A model generated the notes under the pieces. The model was not told where the DNA came from, ran no database searches, and saw nothing but the letters and a program-made list of their open reading frames with translations. The translations under genes and the position numbers were made by a program. Shown here in pieces: positions 11,491 to 22,924 of a stretch of 64,000 nucleotides of DNA (the first letter of the stretch is position 1; each line of letters begins with the position of its first letter). Source of the stretch: Blastocladiella emersonii ATCC 22665 (Eukaryota > Fungi > Blastocladiomycota); the NCBI GenBank assembly GCA_025594325.1, contig JANHCV010000008.1:806001-870000 (forward strand). Reading direction: 5' to 3'.

Positions 11491-12799
11491 TCACTCCTCG
11501 CGCTTGATGTGCGCCACAAGCAGGAGCCCCGACTCTGGGTCGCGCGGCAGGTTTGTGAGCCGGGCGTGCTCGGCCACGGACTCGTAGAGCTGGTCGACGA
11601 GGGCACGGCAGTCTTCCACAAAAGCGTCGCCGAGGACGCCGTCGCGGTCGTTGAGCGCCGTCATGACCTCGCTGTAAAACTGCTCGAGCGGCGGGAGCCG
11701 GTTCCAGTCGATGCCCAAGTGCGAGACGATGCCAATGCTCGCCTGAAATGTGGGTGGTTGAGTCGGCCGTCGTCTGGAACGGTCGCGAGATGAGAAACGT
11801 ACAAAGGTGGCGATCGTCAACACGATCACCGGCGCGAGCTGGTGCAGCGTGACGACATTGGACTCGCCGCCCTCGACCCGCGCCACGCGCGTGTTGATGC
11901 GATCGCGCTGGCTGTCGACTGCGGCAAAGCCGTTTCCTAGTAGCATTAGTGCAGTGAGTCTCAAACGAGCGAGGGTTCGGGAGTAGCAGCCGAGCGCGCA
12001 CCTTCAGTCCAGGCCATGGCCTTGCGGACGACCTGCGCGAGGAACGGGTGGATCCGGCGCGCCGTGCCGCCGTCGGTCGGCGGGTCGAGCATCCAGTGTA
12101 GGTTGTAGGCGAGGGTCCGAGTCTCGTCGGCCGACTTGGGCGTGGGCAGCGTCGGGTGAATCGGCGCCATGCGCTTGCACGAGCGGATCTTGGCCACGAC
12201 CTCGCGCGCGTAGCTCCGACGCCGCCGGACCAGGTCCGTGAACAGCCGCTTGTACTACCGTGTGAGCGTGACGGTTTCAGTCCGTCGCATCGGAGCGGCA
12301 CGCGGGTGCGAGATCGTACCTCCTCGAACCGCAGGTTGTCTGCGCCACAAACCTCGAGGTAGTCGGTGTAGCAGTGGTGCTGGAGCGTGCTCGAGTCCAC
12401 AAACGGGCCGTACACGAGCATGCTCGACTTGACCTGCGCCTTGGTGACCGTAGGCAGGTTGGATTGGCGCATGTACTGCCGTAGCGGTGCCACGGGCCTG
12501 ATAACGAGCGTTTAGCGGTGAGACGAGGAGTTCGACAGGAAGACGTACCCGACAGTCTTGTCCGCTCCGCTATCTTCGCCGCCCTCCTTCCCGTCAGAAC
12601 CATCATCATCGCCGGACGCGCCACCACTTCCATCTTCCTCGGTGCCAGGTTCCGCCTTGATACTCAGCCCGCGCGGCTTTCGGCGCTGCGGTGTCCGAGT
12701 GGCGGTTGCGCGACGAGCCGGCGGCGTCGCGGACTCGGCCGCGGCGCGCTGGCGGATACGCTCGCTGCGGCGGGCTGGACCATTTGCATCAGCTTTCAT
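11491..12799 (-). CDS. Family A copy 2 (multi-exon orphan, putative chromatin protein)
   Basis: MKADANGPARRSERIR start. GT-AG intron after KTVG. Same motif series as the other copies. Ends LLLVAHIKREE. Confidence 0.7.
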
Positions 12800-12907
12800 T
12801 GCGGTTACGCTGTGTTTGGTGGTCCATCGGGGAGCCTGAGGTCGTCGGGTCGGTCGGCGGGTCGCTCGCGACGGAGGTGCGCCGCGGCGGTTTCAGCCCG
12901 ATCAGCT

Positions 12908-12919
12908 GAGTGGCGCAAC
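12908..12919 (-). promoter_or_regulatory. Shared upstream motif (plus-strand gagtggcgcaac), family A copy 2
   Basis: ~110 bp upstream of the ATG at 12799; recurs at a similar distance before many A and D genes. Confidence 0.55.
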
Positions 12920-13189
12920 ACGTTTGGTCTCGCCGCCGGTCGGCTGGCGGAACCTTCCTCTATGAAGTGGGGCACTTACATAGCGCTGGGAACAGCATCG
13001 ATCTACATGCAGTACACTCAAAGATCACGCTTGGGGGCCAAGAACGGGCGGAAGTTCCCTACCTTGATCGAGGGACCGCTCCTTGACGTCGAAGTGGTGC
13101 TTATTGAGCAAGTCCATCAGGTTACGTGGGCCTTGATCAAGTGTATTTTCAGCGACACAGTTTGGCAGCCAGCAAGGTGAAGTGATCGG

Positions 13190-13996
13190 CGCGCACGCGG
13201 TGCATGACGCGTGACGACCTGTTCGCTGCCGCGTACGCCTCGCCCGAAGCTCAAGCAAAGCGCTGAAACATAGACTGACAGATTTTCTCGCCGAAATAGC
13301 GCGCAATACGGCGTCGACCCGACCTCCCTCATGGCCAACATGGTGATCCCGCCGGACCACGCCACCGACCGCGTCCCGCTGACGCGCAAGCTGCTCGCCC
13401 GCCTCGCAAAGATGCCCGCCCTAACGGGCTCGACCGTCACCACCATCCCCGTCTACGTCGTCGACCAGGCGTGGACCGCCGGCCTCGCGCGCGTGTTCTT
13501 CGCTCCGCTGCCGCCTGGCGCGCCGTGGCGCTTCGACGTGCACATCTACACGTTCGACGCGGGGTTCGCCGCCGCCCACGGCATCGACAACGATGCGCCC
13601 GACACGCCCGACAGCCATCGCGTCCAGGTCAAGCTCTTGGATGCTCCCATGGACCGGTTTCGCCCGCTTCGCACAGCAAACCGCGCGGCACGGATTTGTC
13701 GAGCACGGTCGCAGTATTTTTGGTCAAGCGAACGCCAGGAGATCGTCCGGAACACGCCGCTCAACCTGTCGCCCAAGGACTCGCTCAAGTCGCTCGAATC
13801 AAAAATGACCGTGCACATTCTCTGCGACACGTTGACGCCGCCCCCGCCGCTCACGCTGATCGTCACCTAGCTGCTGGACGTGACGATGCAGAACGACTCG
13901 TTCGCGAAGCGCGACGGCGAGCAGCTCGTGTTGGCCACTGAGTGGAACGGCGAGGTCATGGCGATTGACGCGTGGCTTCGCGCTGAGCGGGTTTGA
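13190..13996 (+). pseudogene. Family B copy 2, pseudogene
   Basis: TAG at 13868-13870 replaces the AAG (Lys) of the paralogs, and homology continues in frame to WLRAERV* at 13996. The 5' part of exon 1, including the ATG, is missing. Start coordinate is approximate. Confidence 0.75.
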
Positions 13997-14565
13997 TGGG
14001 TGGACTGAATTGTGTGGACGCTGATTGATGATTCGAGAGGAACTTTGCATCAAATCGCTCTGTGTCTGCTCCGCGAAAGCTCGGAAAAGCACGCGAACAA
14101 GCCAGCGCCTCAGCCGAGCACCTGAGCATAAGGCCGGTAGCAGTCCAGCGGCCAAGCACTGCGATTATGCCGGTCGCTGTTGCCTCGCAAGTGAGAAACT
14201 CAAAACATGAAGCAGCATGGCAAGCTCGACGTGCGTAATGAGTCCCCGCGACATCACTCGGGCATATTGCAAGAAGCACTCGGCGTGGTCGCTCTCGTCG
14301 TGCAGCTCGATGGCAGCGACGAAGATCCGCTCAATGACCTTGGGTACGAGCACGGATTCAGACATGTTTGCATCAAGTTACAACATCAGCGATGATGGCA
14401 GTGCTTGGAGGAGAGAGGAAGCTGCCGGTCTGCGCGCTTGTGACGCGTAAAGTGGTCGCCCGCACGATGCCTCCCTCATTTGCCTCCCAGCGTGGACCGC
14501 CAACCACAGGGACGTGTCGATTCATGGATTATTGATACTTGGGTCATACACAACGAAACACCGCA

Positions 14566-15915
14566 CTACTCCTCGCGCTTGACGTGCGCCGCGAGCAGGA
14601 GCCCCGACAGCGGGTCGCGCGGTAGATGCGCCGCGCTCACCCGCCCCTTAGCCGCGGGCTCGCACAGCTGATCAACGAGGGTGCAGCAGTTGGCGACAAA
14701 CTGACGACCGAGCGGACCGTCGTCGTCGCCGAGAGCCGCGACCGCCTCGCCATACAGCTGCTCGAGTGGCGGAAGGCTTCTGTGGTCGATCCCGAGGTAC
14801 GACACGATCCCGACGTTGGCCTGTTCAGCGCGCGGGCGCGGATGAGTGAGCCATCGGATCTGACGTCGACGAGTAGCAGAAGAGAGTGGACGTACAAAAG
14901 TGGCGACCGTCAATACGATCAGCGGCGCAAGCTGGTGCAGCGTGACTGCCTTGGACTCTGCGCCCTCAGTGCAGGCCATGCGGGTGTTGAAGCGGTTCAC
15001 GTACGCCTCGACCGCCGCAAAACCACTTCCTTGGACCCGGAGCGAAAGCGAGAGTCAGCAGGTGCTGAGAGCTCGAGGATGATGGTGGACGCGTACCCTC
15101 GCTCCAGATCATGGCCTTGCTCACAAGTTCGACGAGGAACGGGTGAAGTCGAGACGTGGTGGTGCCATCTGCGGACGGCTCGATCATCCAGGTCAGGTTG
15201 TACGCGAGCGTGCGCACCGTGTCGTTCGACTCGGGGGCGGCGAGTCTCGGGTGGATCGCGGCCAGGCGCGAGTTCTTCATGATCTTGGACACGAGCTCAG
15301 CTCCGTAGTTCCGGCGTTGTCGTACAATGTCCGTGAAAAGCCTGTTGTACTTAAGGAATCGCGGGCCATTTAGTTTCTCGAGTCGAATCACGCGCACGCT
15401 GTAGCGACGGGAGCGTACCTGCTCAAATGTCTTGACCGTGTTGCCCGAACCGAATAGCTCGAGGTAATCGGCGTAGCAGTGCTGGCGGAGAGTGGTCGCG
15501 TCGACGAACGGGCCGTACACGAGCACGCTCGATCTCAGCTGCGACGTGAGGCCCGACGGCAGGTTGATGCGCGACATGCTCCACCGGTGCTGCGTCGAAT
15601 AGCTAAAGAAGGTGGTTGCAATCGATGGGTGAGTCCGCGCGCTTCGTTAAACACACGAAAGCGGAACGTAACCCACCCGTGATTGCCGTGGTTCACGTCG
15701 CTTGCCTCGCAGTTCTCGCCCGAGTCAGTTTCGCCGCCAAATTCCACTCCAGGCTCCACCTTCACGTTGCTCATGGTGGTAGCTGCCGCCCGAGGGGCTG
15801 GCCGAGGGCGGGCGGCCTTGGCGGAGCCCGATGTGGGCCGAGCGGCTCCAACCGGCCCAGTGCGGGCGCGGATGCGCTCGCTCCGTCGCACAGAAGCGGT
15901 TGCATGAGGTTTCAT
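14566..15915 (-). CDS. Family A copy 3
   Basis: MKPHATASVRRSERIR start. VKVEP, LVYGPFVD..HCYADYLE, LAAIHP and LHPFL motifs. Ends LLLAAHVKREE. Confidence 0.7.
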
Positions 15916-16021
15916 GGCGTGTGTGCTTTCATCAAGGTTGCATCGGGTGAGAGGAGGGGTCGGTTCGCAGCGAAGGCTGGCCAAAAACGGCGCGGCGCCA
16001 CCGGTTTCAGCCCGATCAGCT

Positions 16022-16036
16022 GAGTGGCGCAACGCG
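16022..16036 (-). promoter_or_regulatory. Shared upstream motif (gagtggcgcaacgcg), family A copy 3
   Basis: ~107 bp upstream of the ATG at 15915. Confidence 0.55.
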
Positions 16037-16114
16037 TCCCGCCGCTCGTCCACAGCGACAGGCCAACCTCATGGTGGAAGTGGCATGGAACTGCGTATTT
16101 TACTAAATGGCGAT

Positions 16115-17378
16115 TCAAACTTCATGCTTGATGGACCCGGAAAATGCGGGGCCACCTATCTCGCCACTGCGAGAACCACTCAAGCAATCGCTTGCGGCCG
16201 AAGGGGTACTGCGCAGCGATTCCACGATATCGCGCGCGTCTTGAGCAAACTGACCACCGAGACATCTGTTCCGGTCGCAAAGCGCTTCTATGGCCTCGAT
16301 GTAGAGCGGTTCCATGGGAGGGCGGCCGTGAGCGCGGAGGCCGAGATACGACGCGACGCCAGCGCTTGCCTACACAGCAAATCGTGAGTGTCTCGATTTC
16401 CAAGGTGGTGAGTGCGAGCGGGAACTGCAGTGTACAAAGGTCGCAAATGCAATGACCATGACCGGCGCGAGCTGCGCCACTGTGATAATCTTGGTGTCCA
16501 CGTCCGACGACTGAAGCAAGCGCACGTTGAGCCGCGCGACATACTCTTCAATAACATCGATGCTGTTGACTACAAGTGCGCGCCATCAGTTACTCACAAA
16601 TCGGTGAGGCTTAGAATTAGCGTGCACGCACCGTGCCAGCTCATCCCGCTCTTGAAGACTTCGGCCAGGAACGGGTGCAAGCGAGGATTCCCGCCGTCCT
16701 GTCCCGGCGCCTCGACCATCCAGTGACGATTGAACTCGAGGCTACGGATATCGGTGGCCGAGTCGACGGCAAGAAACGGCGGGAGACGCGATGCAGCGCG
16801 GAAGCTGGCGATTGTTTTGGGCGTGATGATGTTTTGAGTACGGCGAAAATAGAACACCATCTTTGCGACAAGGTATTGGTACTGGAAGCGAGTGCGCGGG
16901 TTAGTTCTGCATTCCCGCTCGCTACCATGACCATGACCAAGGCTTTGCGCACCGATGCAAAATCAACCACCGACTCGCTGGCTCCAAGGCGTTTGACATA
17001 ATCGGCGTAGCAGTACTGCTCGATGACCTCAGATGCCGCGAAGGGCCCGTACACCAGAACGCTCTCGCGAAGCTGTAGTTTGAGATGGCGTGACGCGGTG
17101 CAGAGTGACACCGTTTGCGGGCGGTTCACCCTATCACCATCGCGTTCGAGCGACTCTTCAACGTCGCCCTCCTGTTCACCGTCGTCGCCATGAGCTACAC
17201 TCTCAAGTTCCGTGGCACCGAGCGATAAACTGCGACAGGCTTTCGGACGGCGCACTCGCTTCCGCGAACGTGGCCGCCAAGGGTTCACGGGCGGCTGTTT
17301 GGAATTCGACTTCTCAGCTGCTTCAATCTCGCGGATGCGCTCGCTGCGGCGAACGGACTCCGTTGCATGAGGTTCCAT
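16115..17378 (-). CDS. Family A copy 4 (more diverged; may be damaged)
   Basis: MEPHATESVRRSERIR start. LVYGPF..YCYADY, RSLEFNRHWM, LHPFL and PMEPLYIEA motifs. Ends IKHEV. Exon boundaries not fully resolved. Confidence 0.55.
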
Positions 17379-17730
17379 GGTGGGGCGAGTTACATTCGGG
17401 TGTGTGACAAGGAGGAGCTAGGGCGGCGGACCTTGTTTCGGGCAGTGGCGCACCGCGTAGGCGCGACCGCACTTGAACTTCTTTCGGGGACGACGGTCGC
17501 TCTCGCCCCATCGATCAACCAAAAATCAACTCTGATTGAAGAATGGCCGAGGGACCTGATGGCTGCCCTCGGCTTTCGTACGATCGCACGCGAGAAAGGA
17601 AGTGATCGACGCGAGGTCAGCTGACCGCGTTGCCAGGTCGCTTCGAGCTGCGACCAGCGAGCGCTCGCTCACCGATACGCGAGCACGACGTAACGTCTCA
17701 AACCCACACACATACTGCAACGAATCAACC

Positions 17731-18610
17731 ATGCTGAGCTCCGCTGCGCCCGACGTCGCGTTCAACTGGCCGCCGCGCCCGCGGTGCACGACGCGCGACG
17801 ACCTGTTCACCGTCGCGTACGTGTTGATTCTTGAGCGGCCGTACCACCGAGCACACAACTGATGCATCATCTCGCCGATATAGCGCGCAGTCCGGCGTCG
17901 ACCCGACCTCCCTCATGGCCAACATGGTGATCCCGCCGGACCATGCGACTGACCGCGTCCCGCTGACGCGCAAGCTGCTCGCCCGCCTCGCCAAGATGCC
18001 CGCCCTAACGGGCTCGACCGTCACCACCATCCCCGTCTACGTCGTCGACCAGGCGTGGACCGCCGGCCTCGCGCGCGTGTTCTTCGCTCCGCTGCCGCCT
18101 GGCGCGCCGTGGCGCTTCGACGTGCACATCTACACGTTCGATGCGGGGTTCGCCGCCGCCCACGGCATCAACAACGACGCGCCCGACACGCCCGGCCGCC
18201 ATCCTGTCCAGGTCAAGCTCCAGCCCGTGCCCGTGGACCGGTGGCGCCCGCTTCCTCAGTTCCCCCCGCGTTCCCCGCACGCCGGATACTCGTTTGTGAC
18301 CATGTTCCACGAGGTGCGGGCGTCGATTCAACAGATGCGAGACCAGAGACATGAGCCCGTCCAGTACGCGCCGCTCAACCTGTCGCCCAAGGACTCGCTC
18401 AAGTCGCTCGAGTTCAAGATGACTACGCGCATCCGCCAAGACACGTCTACGCCGCCGCCGCCGCTCACGCTGATCATCACCAAGCTGCTGGACGTGCCGA
18501 TGCAGAACGACTTGTTCTCGACGCGCGACGCTGAGAAGCTCGTGCTGGCCACCGAGTGGGACGCCGAGGTCATGGGGATCGACGTGTGGCTCCGTGCGGA
18601 GCGGGTTTGA
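17731..18610 (+). CDS. Family B copy 3, 2 exons (17731-17816, 17884-18610), ~270 aa
   Basis: Open frame across a 67-nt GT-AG intron; paralog of 4849..5857. Confidence 0.7.
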
Positions 18611-18615
18611 TTGAA

Positions 18616-18630
18616 GGGCCCGTTTGGTTC
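18616..18630 (+). repeat. Left TIR of the PIF/Harbinger element
   Basis: gggcccgtttggttc. Confidence 0.9.
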
Positions 18631-18749
18631 CGGGGTGAATCAGGTGGATCAATCGATTTTACACGGTCCGGTGTTCACCCAGCTGAAACGTGGCATTTTC
18701 ACCCCGTCGCGTTCATCGCGGCGTTTGGGTCGACCCCCGGATGAGCTGA

Positions 18750-19214
18750 ATGGAACCCTCGTCGCTGAATTGCCCGTCTGCTCGCCCCCGAAACCTTCAG
18801 GCTGTGCTTCCCGGCCTATATAAACGCTGTTTTCCTTCGTGGGGCAGCTCGACCACCACCGGCGAGTACTCGCACCTCGAGCAGGACGGCAAGGAGTCTG
18901 GTGACGTGGAAGGTGTCGATGGTCAAGACGACGCGGCCCCCGCCAGCAAGCGCAGCCGCACTTCGGACAGCAGCTCGCGTCGCCTCTCGGACTCGGAATT
19001 CCTCATGGGCATCAAGGAGGTGTTCCAGAGCGTCGCGACCGCCGACTCCAAGCCCGTTCTGACCGCCGCACTTGAATGGGTCCAGGACGCGTACAACGAC
19101 AATGAAGAGTACCAGATCGACGTCGCCACCCGCCTGACCGGGGATCAAGCGCTTCGCGTCATGGCCGTGTCCGAATCGAAGCGCAAGCGCGTCCTCGAGT
19201 TTTTCATTCAGTAG
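18750..19214 (+). pseudogene. PIF/Harbinger ORF2 (Myb/SANT-partner protein) remnant; only the C-terminal part is recognisable
   Basis: Host-like codon bias from ~18850, a basic patch (ASKRSR) and helical C-terminus, lying inside the TIRs and convergent with the transposase. No Trp-spaced Myb repeat visible. Confidence 0.55.
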
Positions 19215-19527
19215 CTCTCTCGCACATGTCCCCCTCCCCTCGCGTTGCTTCCTGGCCTTGTTCTCGCCCATTTGTGTCCAATACATCTGGCTTTGTGTCC
19301 ATCGTATCTTCAATCGTTACCCTTCGCTCGAAAATGACGCGACTCGTTGAGAAACGCGTGGTTCGCAAAGTGTCTCACACGTCACGTGATTGATCGACGC
19401 GTCTCCACCGATGCGTTCTGACCTCAGCGACGCGTCAAATCATCTAGAATCGCTTATATAACATTATAGTACTTGACAAATCAGTATATTACAGCATGCA
19501 TGCGGGTACAACAATTATTTCGCGCCT

Positions 19528-20845
19528 TCAAAGATGGGTCCCACGAGCGGCCATGACGCGCCTGTACTCGGTCCAAAGAACATTTGCGATGCGGTTCCGA
19601 AGCGAGATACCGCGCTGACGAGCTCCGTCCAGCGAGGCCTCGAGGACAGCGGCCTCGTCGTCCTCCTCGTTCTCGTCGTCCAGGGGCTCGCGCCCACGCA
19701 CACGCGCCTCACGCGCCGCGTCCCGCGCGCGCCGGAGCTCCGTCTCGGCGTCGCGAAAGAAGGCGTCGCCGCCTTGGTTCCACCTGTTGATCATGTTGTG
19801 CAGCGTGCAGAGCGCGTACACAAGCTTGACTTGAGTCTTGATTGGGTAGGCCGCGCCAATCGAGAGGACGCGGAACCGCTTCTTGAGCACGCCAAAGATA
19901 CGCTCAACAGAGTTGCGGAGCGACGCGTGACGCAGATTGAAAAGCTCCTCGCGGTTCTTAACTCTACGTACGTTGATGAAGCGGATGAGATGGCGCCAAC
20001 GTGATGGTCATGGCAGTGAGAACGTACCCATCCTTGCCGCGGGCAAACTCGCGAAGATGATAGCGGGTACCGCGGAAGGGCACGATGATGGACGTGCGGT
20101 TTGCGTAGCCGCCGTCGGCGAGGTAGAAGCGGCCGGCGGGGATCTTGAACCCACGGGCGAAGGCGTCCGAGAGCACGCGCGAGTCATGCGCCTTGCCCTC
20201 CCACCCTGCGAGAACGTAGGTGAAGTTCAAGTCAAAGTCGCAGGCAGCGAGGACATTTGAGTATATGGTCCCCTTGCGGTTTCGGAACGAGTCGTGAAGC
20301 TTAGTGGGCACAACAAACGGGATGTGCGTTCCGTCAAGCGCGCCGACCGCGTTCTGGAACGGAGCGTATTTCGGGTCGTGGGCGATGCGCTCATGCACGG
20401 GCGTAGAATCGGACGGCTGGGCAATGAACTCGGGCATCAGGCGGTACAGAGCGTCGATCACTTTCTTCAGAACGCTGGACGCGGTCTCGCCAGAGATTTG
20501 GAACCGCTCCCTGAGGTTGCGGTTGGTGCTGCCCTCGCTGGCCATGACAAGAAAAACCATGAAGCGCGCCTCGACGGACAGCTCGCGGCCGTCGGCGAGA
20601 AGGCCACGGTCGCGGAACAGGCGGCAGATGGCCTTGAAGGTCTCGCGGGGCATACGGGCGATTTCCGAAAAACGCGTTTCGCTGTTGCACGTCAGCAGCT
20701 CTTAAACCCACGACTCGCCAGAAAGCGTGGACGTGCGGATAGGCTCCCACGAGCGGCGCTCGTTGCGAGCAGCGAGACGTCGCAGGAGAGCGAGGGCGGC
20801 TGTGAGCATTAGGCCGCGCAGCTTGCGGTTGTATCCCTTGCCCAT
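19528..20845 (-). pseudogene. PIF/Harbinger transposase (DDE_Tnp_4), 2 exons (20845-20028, 19963-19528), with an in-frame TAA at codon 48
   Basis: Motifs GALDGTHI, YLADGGY and LRNSVERIFGVLKKRF. TAA at 20704-20702 is in frame with the ATG at 20845. Confidence 0.85.
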
Positions 20846-21041
20846 GTTGTTTGAGGGCTCGAGAACACGATGCGTGAGGTTAGGTGTTGATTCGTTGCAA
20901 TAAGTGCGGCTGCAAAGAGGTGGGAAAGATTTTATTGCGGGGGGGGGGGTTCATCCAGCGGGGCGTTTGGTTCGCACGGCCGCTGAGATGAACGGGGGTG
21001 AGGTGAAACGTGGCAACTTCTTCAGCTGATCCACCTGATCT

Positions 21042-21056
21042 GAACCAAACGGGCCC
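21042..21056 (-). repeat. Right TIR of the PIF/Harbinger element
   Basis: gaaccaaacgggccc, the exact reverse complement of 18616-18630. Confidence 0.9.
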
Positions 21057-21788
21057 TTAGTGTGAGTGTGCGCGTGCCGGGAAGTCGTGTAGGCGAAAAC
21101 GCATGCGAGCGACCGCGATGTTCACGAACGCCGTGGTGGTCGCGTCGAGATCCCTCACCCGTCACTCCTCGGGTTCTTGACCATGCATGAAATCCAATGA
21201 ACTAGACTTGCTGCAACGCGTCCAAGGCACTGTCTGAATGACCAATACATGCCCGTTTGCGCTTTATGACCCGACTCGGTGGGAGACCAGTCCGCCTCCG
21301 TCCACGCGACACGCGAACTGGCAAGCAGCCCGAAGCCGCGAAGTGGTAACCGAATGCTCTCTCGTTGTTCATTGAGCGACTCGTTGTCTTTGATCCTCGG
21401 AGTTTTGGTCTCGCATGCTTGAGTCGAAGCTTCCCGCGCCAAAACAAAGCAGTCGTGCTCCGTTCCACCGTTGACGACCACGATGTACATGTTGACTTGG
21501 CATTCGTCGCGGGTCATCGCATATGTTCGTCGCCTTGGTTGCCGTCTTGGGCCGAATCTCGACGCTCATGTCCCGAATCGCGGAACAGGTGACACTCAAC
21601 CAAGGCATTGACATTCATCGCGTCTCAAGTCAGTCGTCGTCTGCGGCCATCGAGCCGAGTATTTGCTAGCTTCCGCGCATCACATTTCCGTCAACTAAGT
21701 GTGCTCGCCTCACTTGCAAGTCCGTTCTGTGGAGCACCCGAGCACGCTGTAGCATCACTGAGATGAAAATCCATCTCCAACTCTGTAA

Positions 21789-22672
21789 GTGCCTGTCGTT
21801 GCCATTTCTGAAGCGAGACAAGCGAACAGTTTATCACTCTGTCCGGGTCTCAGACTACCTTTATCATTCACCTCGCTCGACCTCGGCCGCCACTCTTGTA
21901 CAAACGGTCGTCATTCCATCCTCTTCGCACTCGTAACGGTCCGGCGAGCCTACTTGTCAAACACCCACGCTGGTGAACTCGGGCAGCAACCGCTTGCGAA
22001 ACTCCGATCTCTTTGACGCGACTTGCACGAGCGCCGTGAAAAAAGTCCGCGTCACCCGTGCGAGTCGTGTCCTTGTGTGTCGCGATCGCATGGACTCGTT
22101 GTTGTCCCAGTTGACCCGCTTTCTCGCGACTCTTGCTCAATTGTCGATGACGCTGAGGGATCTGTTGTGTAATGATCGCGCGATACATCTGGTCCTTGCG
22201 GCCCTGAATCGCCGCGGTCGTTGTGAGAGATGAATCGACGTGAGAGTGCCCGAGTTCGACGTAACCCCGATCCACGCGCGTTTACATGCGCACGCGAGCA
22301 TGCCTGACTTGTCTCGTCATCCGGGAACTGTCCATGCTCGAGCCGCGCGACATTGGACGCGAGATCAGCTTCAAGGCAAACGCGTTCCGATCCTCACGTG
22401 TGTGGCGCGACGCGTCCCTCGGACTGCGCCGTGCGAGTAAGCGATCCGTCGGCTTTGGTGCTTTCCCGACGGATGTGGGCGTGAGGGGGATCGACCGCGG
22501 TCTCGGCCACCGCCGTTCTCGCCTCTGGTCGCTTGGGCCGACGACCACAGCACCCGCTCGCTACTTGGCGAGGGAAGCTGACCCTCATAACCTCGCGTCC
22601 ACGGATCGTTTTGTGCTTCGGTACCCGTCCGCTCGCTTCGCGTCCCTCAAGCACGCTAGATGTTCATGGTGA
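21789..22672 (+). pseudogene. Degraded LRR (RNI-like) gene
   Basis: LRR-like fragments in different frames (RLPLSFTSLDLG, LAQLSMTLRDLLC, PTDVGVRGI...RLWSL) resembling 8707..9609. Confidence 0.4.
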
Positions 22673-22924
22673 GGTGCGCGTCGCGGTCGCGCGAGGATAT
22701 GCGGCCGATCGGCGGCGGTCATGGCCGCTACTCATGCCGGGCTTGCCTCGCACAACGGCACGAGGTGAATCGCAAGGTACGGACAACTTGAAGGCCGTCG
22801 CACGCAGGGGTGAACCGGGGGAGCGGTTGGGCGAGGCAGCATGGTGGATCACAGCGGGCCGAGGGGCGATCGTGCGGCACGGTGGAACACCATGGGAAGT
22901 GAGCTGTAAACCCCCAAGATGTGA

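Larger units (their letters stand above)
18616..21056. mobile_element. PIF/Harbinger DNA transposon, defective, 2441 bp
   Basis: Perfect 15-bp TIRs GGGCCCGTTTGGTTC (18616-18630 and 21042-21056), a DDE_Tnp_4-type transposase and a convergent second ORF. Confidence 0.9.

Noticed and set aside
13100-17575. Weak inverted similarity between 13110-13150 and 17520-17570
   Set aside because: Only about 10 contiguous matching bases; could be chance.
20938-20949. G homopolymer in the transposon
   Set aside because: A single run, not a multi-tract G-quadruplex pattern; its length may be an assembly artefact.
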